DNA from: an uncultured Oscillospiraceae bacterium
Lineage (GTDB): Bacteria > Bacillota > Clostridia > Oscillospirales > Oscillospiraceae
Reading direction: 5' to 3'
Assembly (NCBI GenBank): GCA_964394055.1
Contig: CAYMWT010000001.1
Location: 1 to 35,951, forward strand
Length of the DNA stretch: 35,951 nt
The position numbers and the translations under genes are program-made. Of this stretch, positions 17,592 through 26,393 are shown piece after piece. Position 1 is the first letter of the stretch. Each line of letters starts with the position of its first letter. Under the pieces are notes generated by a model. The model searched no databases and was not told the origin of the DNA. It worked only from the letters and a program-made list of their open reading frames with translations.

Positions 17592-19147
17592 TTTTGCCGC
17601 TCCCTTCTGTACGCGATAATGGAGGCTGCCAGACGGCTGGCTGCTCCGTTATTCTCCATTACAATAACGCCGCAGTCCTCCAGCAGCTTCTTCTGCACAT
17701 CAAAATTCTGCGGGTCAAGATCCGAGCCGCAAATCGACGCGATCACACTCAGATAACGTCCCTGGGCTTCGGCCTCAGCCTTGCCCTGCCGGATCACGTC
17801 CACCATCATTCCGGCGGGGTCGTCACACAGGGCGTATCCCAGCAGGAAATCCATGAGAATGACGGCTGTTTCCGGGTCTCTCGCCTCCTGAAGGAATCGC
17901 TCGATTCTCGGGGCCGGGTCAATGGCAACATGAGGACGGCCAATGGTGAACGTCTCAGCGCCAATGTCAATCATACAGTCTTTCACGCTGACAGTGGGGT
18001 CGGCCAACATATATTCCTGAGAAAACGCAATGTTTCCATAAAGCGGGCCAAGCTTGAATTGGGCCAGCGTCAGCGTTTCTTCCGCCAAAGAGCCTCCGCA
18101 ATAAATTCCCCGCAGGTACTTTTGTTCCGGCGCCATACGACCGGCCTCCGCCTCAGCCAAAGCAGCGACCTCCCGGTACCTTGTATCCTCATCGGGAATG
18201 GAATAGGATTTTCCCTGAGAAAGGGCAATGGCCAGGTTGGCCGTATTCTCAAAGGTATCAGAGATAGCCCCATGGCCCAGATCCAGCCCTGTGAGATCCG
18301 CATTGATAAATTGCACAACCACAGGCTTTTGGCAGACGCGGACTCGCGCCAGGATCTTCTCAATGGTATTGGGCTGGGGCGGCTTTGAGATCAGCACGAT
18401 TACCGCGGTATCCGGGTCGGATTCCAGAATATCCATACTTTGCAGCATGGTAATGCCGCCTACGGCGTCCTGCAAATCCCGTCCGCCAACACCGATTGCA
18501 TGGCTGATACCGAAGCCGTGTCTATGGACAATATTCATGACCTCCTGCATACCGCTGCCACAGGCAGCCGCGATCCCGATCTTCCCCCGGCGCACCTTGC
18601 TGCAAAGGCCAACCGCCACACCGTTAATAAACGACAGCCCACAGTCGGGGCCCATCATCAGCAGTCCATGATCCCGGGCGTATGTCTTTAACTCAATCTC
18701 CTGTTCAATCGGTACATTGTCACTGAACATAAACACGTCCATGCCCATTTGGAGCGCTTTTTTTGCCTCCATTCCGGCAAATTCACCCGCCAGAGAAATA
18801 ACGGCCAAATTCCGATCCTTTACATACCTGCCCATAATATCCAGGGTCGCAAATTCATTTTTCCCGGTTCCCCTGGCCTTTTTCAGCCGTCCCAGGTAGG
18901 TCTCCCTGAGGCGCTCCGCCACCGCATCCGATTCTGCCTCCACTGCAATAATCAGGTCATTGGGGCTGGCCTCACGGCCTTCCGCCAGCAGCAGATTCAG
19001 GTCATTCATGGTATCCTTATTCAATGGGGTACCCATCCCCACGGTCAGCTGCGTGACGCCTTCTGATCTGCCCAGCTCTCCTGCCAGCTTCATCAGCATA
19101 ACCGAGTCATAGTATTTGTTTTTGATGACATAGTTCTTTGTTACCAT
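17588..19147 (-). CDS. fdrA: FdrA (AllF-like; succinyl-CoA synthetase alpha-like fold)
   Basis: YYDSVMLM, MGTPLNK, FMFSDNV, LMMGPDCG, GVGGRDL, LISKPP, RGIYCGGSLA.E, GRPH..IDP, DFLLGY, DPQ motifs; start moved to 19147. Confidence 0.9.
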   Translation of the reverse strand: MVTKNYVIKNKYYDSVMLMKLAGELGRSEGVTQLTVGMGTPLNKDTMNDLNLLLAEGREASPNDLIIAVEAESDAVAERLRETYLGRLKKARGTGKNEFATLDIMGRYVKDRNLAVISLAGEFAGMEAKKALQMGMDVFMFSDNVPIEQEIELKTYARDHGLLMMGPDCGLSFINGVAVGLCSKVRRGKIGIAAACGSGMQEVMNIVHRHGFGISHAIGVGGRDLQDAVGGITMLQSMDILESDPDTAVIVLISKPPQPNTIEKILARVRVCQKPVVVQFINADLTGLDLGHGAISDTFENTANLAIALSQGKSYSIPDEDTRYREVAALAEAEAGRMAPEQKYLRGIYCGGSLAEETLTLAQFKLGPLYGNIAFSQEYMLADPTVSVKDCMIDIGAETFTIGRPHVAIDPAPRIERFLQEARDPETAVILMDFLLGYALCDDPAGMMVDVIRQGKAEAEAQGRYLSVIASICGSDLDPQNFDVQKKLLEDCGVIVMENNGAASRLAASIIAYRRERQK

Positions 19148-20051
19148 ATCTTTTCCCCTCACTTTCCCAATATCTCACCGCCATATCCATACCCGCCAGA
19201 AACCCCATGCACAATTCCGTACCGGAGCTGCTGCCATATTGGATGACATCCATTGTCGCGCAATCCACCAATTCCCCTTGTCCCACGCTGAGCGCTTCCC
19301 CCAGCTGGAAAACAGGGTCGGATAAGACGCCCCGCGCTGTCAGCTCCAGCTGCTGGCAGCTGAGCCGTGTGGTTCGCTCCCATCCCAGTTTCTGGCAGAA
19401 CCGGCTCAGCGTGCACAGAAAAGGCTGCTTACGCATCTCCGGCCAGTAAAGCCACGCGGCTGCCGCCATACCGCAGATCATGTCATCCCCGGAGGGCGTC
19501 AATCCGATCCCCAGCCCTACCGTGTTCATAAGACCGGTCCAAATCCCATCGCCGCCAAAATCGATTGCCTTCATCAGCATGTCCATACGATCAAGCAGAT
19601 TGGCTTTCTTCGGAAGGCGCGCATTCCGCGATACATGATCACACCATGGGCGCAGCCATCGGCCCTCACCATTGGCCTTCCCGAACCGCAGCAGCGCCTC
19701 CTGAAGGAGATCGGTGCCATGTGGCACCGGAAGCGATGGCCGAAGCAGGTTTACTTCTGTTCCGCCAAGCTTGCAGAAAAAGCTTGCGTCGGGAATCCGC
19801 AAATGGTTTTTTTGAAAGGAAGCTGCCTGTCCTTCCTCCAGGGGAAGGCACGCAAAGGTTTCCAAATCGGATATATCGGTGTAAAGAGACATGGGCATCG
19901 TTCTCTTTTCATCCGCGAATACGGTAACGACTCTTCCGTCGTCCAAAAGCAGATGAAAGCATTTTCGATATATCCCAAGGACAAGCCCTGTATGCTCCTG
20001 CCAGAGCAAATCAGCCAGCGCCTTATCATAACGGGTTACGGTACAGTTCAC
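19107..20051 (-). CDS. DUF2877 protein (YlbF/YahE, AllH-like subunit)
   Basis: VGLGIGLTPSGDD..CG, RTTRLS, YGSSSG motifs; directly upstream of fdrA. Confidence 0.85.
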   Translation of the reverse strand: MNCTVTRYDKALADLLWQEHTGLVLGIYRKCFHLLLDDGRVVTVFADEKRTMPMSLYTDISDLETFACLPLEEGQAASFQKNHLRIPDASFFCKLGGTEVNLLRPSLPVPHGTDLLQEALLRFGKANGEGRWLRPWCDHVSRNARLPKKANLLDRMDMLMKAIDFGGDGIWTGLMNTVGLGIGLTPSGDDMICGMAAAAWLYWPEMRKQPFLCTLSRFCQKLGWERTTRLSCQQLELTARGVLSDPVFQLGEALSVGQGELVDCATMDVIQYGSSSGTELCMGFLAGMDMAVRYWESEGKRYGNKELCHQKQIL

Positions 20052-20077
20052 ATCCCTTTCCCACCTTCACACCAAGC

Positions 20078-21637
20078 TTACCCGGATATCAGAATGCTCC
20101 TTTTCCACCGGAGGTCGTCCCGCTCCGGATAGTCCTCACGGAAATGAACGCCTCTGGACTCTCTTCTCTGCTCCGCGGATGCCAGCATGATCCCGCCCAC
20201 CAGAAGCAGATTCCGGGCCTTCATGCAGGTGATCCAATCCTCTATGCGCATAGGTGCTCTTGGCTCAAGCTCCAGATCCCGAAGCCGCCCTGCTGCTGTC
20301 CGCAGAGATTCTCCTTCACGGATCGGGCCCATGGCTTCGCTCAGAACAGAACGGGCCTGCGCTATCATTTGCGTATATGCCTCGGTGGGTTCCGCGGCAG
20401 GATCCACCTCCCATGCCAGGGCAGGTTTTTCCTCATCCCAATTTTTAACCTTTCGGGCATATTCCGCCGCGGCTCTCCCGGCAATGGCGCCAAAGACATA
20501 AACCTCAGCCCCGGCATTCCCGCCCAGACGGCAGGCGCCATGCAGTCCACCCATGGCTTCTCCCGCCGCATACAGGCCCGGTACATCCGTACCGCAATTC
20601 ACGTCCACGCAAAGTCCGCCCATGATCGAGTGTGCCGCAGGCGCTACCTCCACCCGTTCCCTGCACAGATCGATGCCTTCATTGATAAATCGCTGATAAT
20701 ACAGCGCGTGATGGATTCGGATCTCATCCTCCGGCAAATCGGTCAGATCCAGCCAGACCCCTCCGTGGGGTGTTCCCCGACCCGCTTTTATTTCCAGGCC
20801 CACAAGCCTTGCCAGTTCATCCTTGGAAACAGAGCCTTCGCTGGGATACGTTTTCAAGACGAACCGCTCCTCCATAGCATTGGTCAGCCTTCCGCCCTTT
20901 GCCAGCAGTGTTGTGGAAATCCCCAAAGGCTTGGGCCAGATTGCCCGGCAGGGCTCATGCTGGAAGAATTCCATATCCCGCAGTCTGGCGCCTGCCCGGT
21001 AGCCCATGGCGTAGCCGTCTCCTGTCTGGTAAAGGGGATAGGTGCTGCCTTTGAGCATATGGCCGCCTCCGGTGGCCATAACCACTGCCTTCGCCCGTAT
21101 ACACCACAGCTCCTTCTCAAGGGATCTGTATGCCCAGGCGCCTGTTACACGGCTTTCCAGCTGACGAAGTCCACACGCGGTGGTATGCTCCCATATCGTC
21201 ACGCCCAGCTTATTCAGCTCTGCACGCATGGCGATCAACGAATGGGCACCGGTCTTATTTTCACAATGAACCAGTCTGGGGACGCTGCACCCCAGTGGCT
21301 GAAGCAAATGATAGGATCCGTCCGAGGCCTTATCAAAGGAAATCCCCAGTGCCTCCAATTCCCGAACAGCCTGACGCGTTCCATCCACAAAGACTTCCAC
21401 CAGCTTCGGATCGCTCAGTCCCCAGCCGCCCTCCAGAATATCCCCGCAAAACCGCTCCCGGCTGTCCTTTTCAGAAACCAGCGCATTGAACCCCAGAATT
21501 CCTGTAGAAGCGCATGCTCCCTCGGTGATCATCATGACACGGCAGCCATTTCTTGCCGCGTGAATGGAAGCCATCATGCCGGCCGCTCCGCCTCCAATCA
21601 CCAGGACATCCGTTTTTATCTCCTGACACCTCACCAT
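20078..21637 (-). CDS. FAD-dependent oxidoreductase of the SdhA/FrdA/NadB family, stand-alone
   Basis: DVLVIGGGAAG, AVVMATGG, TGDG..M.YRAGA.L.DMEF, HSIMGG, GLYAAGE, LHGACRLGGN, RRESRGVHFREDYP; start moved to 21637 (TAATG overlap, GAAGGAG RBS). Confidence 0.88.
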   Translation of the reverse strand: MVRCQEIKTDVLVIGGGAAGMMASIHAARNGCRVMMITEGACASTGILGFNALVSEKDSRERFCGDILEGGWGLSDPKLVEVFVDGTRQAVRELEALGISFDKASDGSYHLLQPLGCSVPRLVHCENKTGAHSLIAMRAELNKLGVTIWEHTTACGLRQLESRVTGAWAYRSLEKELWCIRAKAVVMATGGGHMLKGSTYPLYQTGDGYAMGYRAGARLRDMEFFQHEPCRAIWPKPLGISTTLLAKGGRLTNAMEERFVLKTYPSEGSVSKDELARLVGLEIKAGRGTPHGGVWLDLTDLPEDEIRIHHALYYQRFINEGIDLCRERVEVAPAAHSIMGGLCVDVNCGTDVPGLYAAGEAMGGLHGACRLGGNAGAEVYVFGAIAGRAAAEYARKVKNWDEEKPALAWEVDPAAEPTEAYTQMIAQARSVLSEAMGPIREGESLRTAAGRLRDLELEPRAPMRIEDWITCMKARNLLLVGGIMLASAEQRRESRGVHFREDYPERDDLRWKRSILISG

Positions 21638-22491
21638 TACAGCGCTCCTTCCAACAAACGCAGGGCGTTCTCTCTGCAAATTTTTCTGTAGTTCTCCTCT
21701 GTAATTCGACGGTTCTTTCTTCCATCCTCCAGGAAATCCACAACCCGTTGGTAAATATCGTACCTTTCCAGATTGTCCGGGGAATGCAGGTCTGTGGCAT
21801 AGAAAATCCTGTCGGGAAACTTTTCGAAAAAGGCCCAGGTAAATTCCGGATCGGCCAGGATCGCGTTTCCTCCGGAAATGGAGGAAAACTCGCAGTAGAG
21901 ATTTGGGAGCTCTTCCATCATCTGTTCCACCTGACCAATGTCCTCCCAGAACTTCGGAGAGTGGCCAATGACCTTCAGCTTTGGCAGCTGTGTCATAATC
22001 CGCCGCAGTCTCGGGAAGCCTTGATCATCCACCACGCCGTAATCGTGTCCCATGTTTCCGAAATGGAACAGCACAGGCATTCCCACCGTTTCACAGCAGC
22101 GCAGCAGATTTACCATACGTTCGTCATCCAGATACACATTAGCGGTTACCTCTCCCATGGCAACCGCTCCCCGGCTCCGGTAGTATTCCAGGTAGCGCGT
22201 AAAATCCGTATCCGGCCCATTGCTGCCCTGCCTTGGATCCAAATTGCAGAACCATGCCCGGTAAACCTCCGGATGGCTCTCTACCAGCTGCCGGGCCTCC
22301 CGTTGACTCATCCGGTCTCCGGTTCCCTCCGGGGCAGAACCCGGCGGGAGCAGGATCCCGTACGCAATTCCCAGCCGGTCATACATGCTTCGCAGCTCCT
22401 GAGGCAGCGGATATGTGCTCCCGTCTGCCCGGAGCAGGTCCGCTTCCGGGATCCCGTGAACATGAATGTCAATCTTCTTGATCTCTTCCAT
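21637..22491 (-). CDS. Amidohydrolase_2-family metallohydrolase
   Basis: IDIHVH, GE, PVLFH, VIGH, IFYATD metal-site motifs; start moved to 22491. Confidence 0.85.
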   Translation of the reverse strand: MEEIKKIDIHVHGIPEADLLRADGSTYPLPQELRSMYDRLGIAYGILLPPGSAPEGTGDRMSQREARQLVESHPEVYRAWFCNLDPRQGSNGPDTDFTRYLEYYRSRGAVAMGEVTANVYLDDERMVNLLRCCETVGMPVLFHFGNMGHDYGVVDDQGFPRLRRIMTQLPKLKVIGHSPKFWEDIGQVEQMMEELPNLYCEFSSISGGNAILADPEFTWAFFEKFPDRIFYATDLHSPDNLERYDIYQRVVDFLEDGRKNRRITEENYRKICRENALRLLEGAL

Positions 22492-22501
22492 AGCCGTACC
22501 C

Positions 22502-23467
22502 TCAGTCAAACAGATGACATGCCACACAGTGGCCCGGTGCCACCTCCCGCATTTCGGGAATTTCCTCACGGCAGATTTTCTTGCATTCAGGACATCTTCC
22601 GCAGAACAGGCAGCCTTTGGTGTCTGTCGTCAGATCCGGGATCTCCCCTTTCATACGCAGGGGTCTGTGGGGAATATCGGGGTCAGGAATGGCGACCGCT
22701 GACATAAGCCCCCTGGTGTAGGGATGCAGGGGATTGTCAAAAATCCCAATGGAGCTAGCGGTTTCCACCAATTTTCCCAGATACATCACTCCCACACGGT
22801 CAGAAATATGCTGCACAGCCGGCATACCATGGGCAATAAACAGATAGCTGATCCCAGTCTGCTCCTGAATATCCTGCATCAAATTCAAAATCTGTGCCTG
22901 TATGGAAACGTCCAGAGCGGAGATCGGCTCGTCGCAGACGATCAGCTTCGGCTTGACCGCAAGCGCCCGGGCAATGGCGATCCGCTGACGCTGTCCGCCG
23001 GAAAACTCATGGGGGTATTTTTTCGCGTTCTGAGGATTCAGGCCCACCATGCGCAGCAGCCGCTCCACCTCATCCCGATATTCTCCCTTTCCGGAAGCCA
23101 GCCTGTGAACCTTCAGCGGCTCGGCGATAATATCCATAATTCGCTTCTGGGGATCCAGGGAGCTGTACGGATCCTGGAAAACCATCTGCATATTTTTTCG
23201 TTCGGCACGCAGCTGCTCCTTATCCATCTGGCAGATATTTCTGCCCTCCAGATATACGTCGCCCCCACTGGGCTCGATCAGCCGCAGAATCGACTTTCCA
23301 ACCGTGGTTTTTCCACATCCGCTTTCTCCCACCAGGCCAAAGGTCTCACCGGCGTCAATGTGGAAGGACACATCATCTACTGCCTTATACCATTCTGTTT
23401 TCTTTATAAACTGTCCCCTGGTCACAGGGAAGCTCTTTTTCAGGTGCTGAACATTGACTAGCTCCAT
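22502..23467 (-). CDS. Opp/Dpp-type ABC transporter ATP-binding protein (OppF/DppF-like)
   Basis: GESGCGKT, FQDP, YPHEFSGGQRQR, DEPISALDVS, HPYT and Cys-rich C-terminal domain. Confidence 0.95.
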   Translation of the reverse strand: MELVNVQHLKKSFPVTRGQFIKKTEWYKAVDDVSFHIDAGETFGLVGESGCGKTTVGKSILRLIEPSGGDVYLEGRNICQMDKEQLRAERKNMQMVFQDPYSSLDPQKRIMDIIAEPLKVHRLASGKGEYRDEVERLLRMVGLNPQNAKKYPHEFSGGQRQRIAIARALAVKPKLIVCDEPISALDVSIQAQILNLMQDIQEQTGISYLFIAHGMPAVQHISDRVGVMYLGKLVETASSIGIFDNPLHPYTRGLMSAVAIPDPDIPHRPLRMKGEIPDLTTDTKGCLFCGRCPECKKICREEIPEMREVAPGHCVACHLFD

Positions 23468-23471
23468 ATCT

Positions 23472-24464
23472 TCAGCCCTCCTTTATTTCACAATAGCGGA
23501 AGCAGCGAACCATATGGCCCTCTCCCGCGTCCACAATGTCAGGGCATTGGGCCCTGCACCGTTCCGTAGCATAGGGACATCTGGGAGCAAACCGGCAGCC
23601 CGATGGCATGTCGGTGATATGGGGCACGACACCCTTGATATCATACAGTCTTCTTTTTTTATCTCCCAGTCTGGGCATTGCCTTCATCAGGCCCATGGTA
23701 TAGGGATGCAGGGTGTTGTGGAACAGATCGTGAACCTCCGCGATCTCCTGTACCATACCGGCATACATGACAACAACCCGCTGGCAGGTTTCCGCAATCA
23801 CGCCCAAATCATGGGTGATGTACATTACGGACATCCCCGTTTTCTTATGGAGCTCCCGGATCAGCTCCAGGATCTGCTCCTGAATGGTGGGATCCAGCGC
23901 TGTGGTAGGCTCATCCGCGATCAGCAGCTCCGGCTTGCAGGACAAGGCCATGGCGATCATTACCCGCTGACGCATACCGCCGGACAGCTCATGGGGGTAG
24001 GCCTTCATCCGCTGCTCCGGCATGGGAATGCCTACCAGCTTCAACATTTCAAGCGCGATCTGCCTTGCTTCCTTTTTGTTTACCTTCTGATGCTTTTGAA
24101 TTGCTTCCACGATCTGATTTCCGCAGGTATAAACGGGATTGAGGGCGGTCATAGGCTCCTGGAAAATCATTGCCACCTTGTTTCCTCTCAAATTCTGCAT
24201 CTGCCGCTCCGAAAGGGCCAGCACATCCTCTCCGTCCAGCCGGATGGACCCGGCCAGCACAGAGCTGGGGGGAGAGGGCAGCAGACGCATGACCGTTTTG
24301 GCTGTCACGGATTTTCCCGATCCCGACTCTCCCACAATGCCCAGGATCTCACCCCGTCCTACATGGAAGGTAACATCCTTTGTTACCGCCACAGGCTTTC
24401 CGCTGAACAGGAAGGCCGTAGAAAGGTTTTCAATTTCCAGAATATTTGTCGTATTGGATTCCAT
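23472..24464 (-). CDS. Opp/Dpp-type ABC transporter ATP-binding protein (OppD/DppD-like)
   Basis: GESGSGKS, FQEPMTALNP, YPHELSGGMRQR, DEPTTALD, GCRFAPRC. Confidence 0.95.
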   Translation of the reverse strand: MESNTTNILEIENLSTAFLFSGKPVAVTKDVTFHVGRGEILGIVGESGSGKSVTAKTVMRLLPSPPSSVLAGSIRLDGEDVLALSERQMQNLRGNKVAMIFQEPMTALNPVYTCGNQIVEAIQKHQKVNKKEARQIALEMLKLVGIPMPEQRMKAYPHELSGGMRQRVMIAMALSCKPELLIADEPTTALDPTIQEQILELIRELHKKTGMSVMYITHDLGVIAETCQRVVVMYAGMVQEIAEVHDLFHNTLHPYTMGLMKAMPRLGDKKRRLYDIKGVVPHITDMPSGCRFAPRCPYATERCRAQCPDIVDAGEGHMVRCFRYCEIKEG

Positions 24465-24475
24465 ATTGCTCCCCC

Positions 24476-25339
24476 TTAATCCGCATTGAGGTGGACATCG
24501 AAGGCATCCCGAAGCCCGTCACCCAGGAAATTCAGTCCCAGAACCAGCATCATAATGAACAGGCCCGGAATAATACAGATCCAGGGCGCCCGGCTGATCA
24601 GCGGATACCCCGCCTTCAGCATCGTTCCCCAGGAAGCGTGGGGAATCTGAACCCCAAGGCCCAGGAAGGACAGGCTTGACTCGGCAATGACGGCTTTGGA
24701 GCAGCACAGCGTCGCTTCCACGATCAGTGTGGACAACAGGTTCGGCAAAATATGGTTGAAGATGATCGCGGGCGTCGCCTGGCCCACCGCTCTGGTAGCC
24801 ATGATGTAGTCCATATTTTTAATGGAGATCACCCGGCTGCGGACGATTCTGTAAAAGCCGGGAATATTCACAATGCCAATGGAAAGCAGGATATTCACCA
24901 GGCTGGTTCCCAGGGCCACATTGATGGCCATTGCCAGAATGATGGTGGGAAGCGCCCACAGGGAGTTCATAAAGCCGGACACGATTTCATCCAGCAAGCC
25001 TCCGATGTACCCGGAAATCAGGCCCAGAACCGTTCCAACAACCAGGGCCAGCAGGCTGGAGCTAAAGGCCACCTTCAGCGTTATTCCGGCGCCATCCACC
25101 ACCCGGGCAAATACGTCACGGCCCAGATCGTCTGTTCCGAACCAATGAACGCCGTTTGGCCCCTGATAGCGGTCCGGCGTATTGGTCTCGTCAAAGGTAA
25201 ACTGGCAGATCAAGGGGCCGAAAATCGCATATACCACAATGGCAGCCACAATGATCAGTCCGAAAACCGCAAGCTTCCGGGAGAAAAAACGCCGGAGGAT
25301 CTTCTGGGCATTGGATCGGGATTTTACAGTCTCATTCAT
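24476..25339 (-). CDS. Opp/Dpp-type ABC permease (OppC/DppC-like)
   Basis: HWFGTDDLGRD, HILPN, ESSLSFLGLG, NFLGDGLRDAFD; start moved to 25339 (ATGA overlap). Confidence 0.93.
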   Translation of the reverse strand: MNETVKSRSNAQKILRRFFSRKLAVFGLIIVAAIVVYAIFGPLICQFTFDETNTPDRYQGPNGVHWFGTDDLGRDVFARVVDGAGITLKVAFSSSLLALVVGTVLGLISGYIGGLLDEIVSGFMNSLWALPTIILAMAINVALGTSLVNILLSIGIVNIPGFYRIVRSRVISIKNMDYIMATRAVGQATPAIIFNHILPNLLSTLIVEATLCCSKAVIAESSLSFLGLGVQIPHASWGTMLKAGYPLISRAPWICIIPGLFIMMLVLGLNFLGDGLRDAFDVHLNAD

Positions 25340-26298
25340 TTGGCACCACCCTTTCTGGCAGTACGGGTTCTGGGATCGATCACCACATACAAAACATCCA
25401 CCAGCGTATTGATGAGGATAATGATAATCGCGATCATCATTACGCAGCCCATTGTCATCTGGTAATCCCGGGAGAAAATGCTTTGTACAATGGCGGTTCC
25501 CAAGCCAGGCAGTCCGAAGATCGATTCGATAACAATGGCCCCGCCAAACAGGCGGCCGGTCTGCATCCCGATAACCGTGACAACGGGGATCAAAGCATTG
25601 CGAACACCGTGCTTCCACACGATCACGCCGTTGGACATACCCTTTGCCTTTGCGGTGCTGATATAATCCGCGTTCATAACATCGATCATATTGGAGCGCG
25701 TCTGACGCATGACAGTTGCCGCGAAGCCCAGCCCCACAGAGAAGGCAGGCAGGATCATCCTCCGCAGATTGTCGCCCAGGCTCTCCCCGATGGGCGTAAA
25801 GCCCGATGCGGGCAGCCAGTGCAGATTCACGGCAAACAGGAGAACCAGCATCATTGCCAGCCAGAAGTGGGGCACGGCAACGCCGATCATGGAGACAAAG
25901 CTGGCCACACTGTCCAAAATCCCGTTGCGGTGGGTGGCGGACAAAACGCCCATAGGCAGCGCAATCGCTACCGCAATCACCATGGACAGCAGTGTCAGCT
26001 CCACGGTAACAGGCAGACGGGTTACAATTTTCTCTGTGACCGAGGCGCCATTGAGCAAAGAGACCCCGAAATCACCCTTTAACACATTTTTCAGCCACCT
26101 CAGGTACTGCACATAAATCGGGGCATTCAGACCCATCGATTCACGCAGTGCTTCCACTTCCTCCGCGGTCGCGTCCGCGGCGGCCATGGAATCCGCCGCA
26201 TCACCGGGCATCACATTCAGCAGGAGAAACAAAATGATGCTGACCACAAGAAGCACTGGAATCACGGTCAATATTTTCTTAATAATGGTTGAAAACAA
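25336..26298 (-). CDS. Opp/Dpp-type ABC permease (OppB/DppB-like)
   Basis: PGD, GDFGVS, RLPVTVEL, DYISTAKAKG, H.VRNALIP, IESIF.LPGLG, DPR; TTG start behind AAGGAGG. Confidence 0.93.
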   Translation of the reverse strand: MFSTIIKKILTVIPVLLVVSIILFLLLNVMPGDAADSMAAADATAEEVEALRESMGLNAPIYVQYLRWLKNVLKGDFGVSLLNGASVTEKIVTRLPVTVELTLLSMVIAVAIALPMGVLSATHRNGILDSVASFVSMIGVAVPHFWLAMMLVLLFAVNLHWLPASGFTPIGESLGDNLRRMILPAFSVGLGFAATVMRQTRSNMIDVMNADYISTAKAKGMSNGVIVWKHGVRNALIPVVTVIGMQTGRLFGGAIVIESIFGLPGLGTAIVQSIFSRDYQMTMGCVMMIAIIIILINTLVDVLYVVIDPRTRTARKGGAK

Positions 26299-26323
26299 GC
26301 TCGTTCCTCCTTGGTTCAGGTAG

Positions 26324-26360
26324 AAAAAGAGCGTACTGCAGAGTATTCTACAGTACGCTC
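26324..26360 (-). terminator. Stem-loop with U-tract between the substrate-binding protein and the first permease (partial terminator or stabiliser)
   Basis: GAGCGTACTG (26329-26338) pairs with CAGTACGCTC (26351-26360), followed on the minus strand by a T run. Confidence 0.6.
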
Positions 26361-26393
26361 CGCTTTCCTTACATATTTAGCTCTGGCGGATGA

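Noticed and set aside
16135-20051. Standard anaerobic allantoin degradation cluster
   Set aside because: No allantoinase, allantoate amidohydrolase, purine/allantoin permease or carbamate kinase in the window.
20078-21637. Calling the flavoprotein sdhA, frdA or nadB
   Set aside because: Partner genes are absent and several catalytic motifs are altered.
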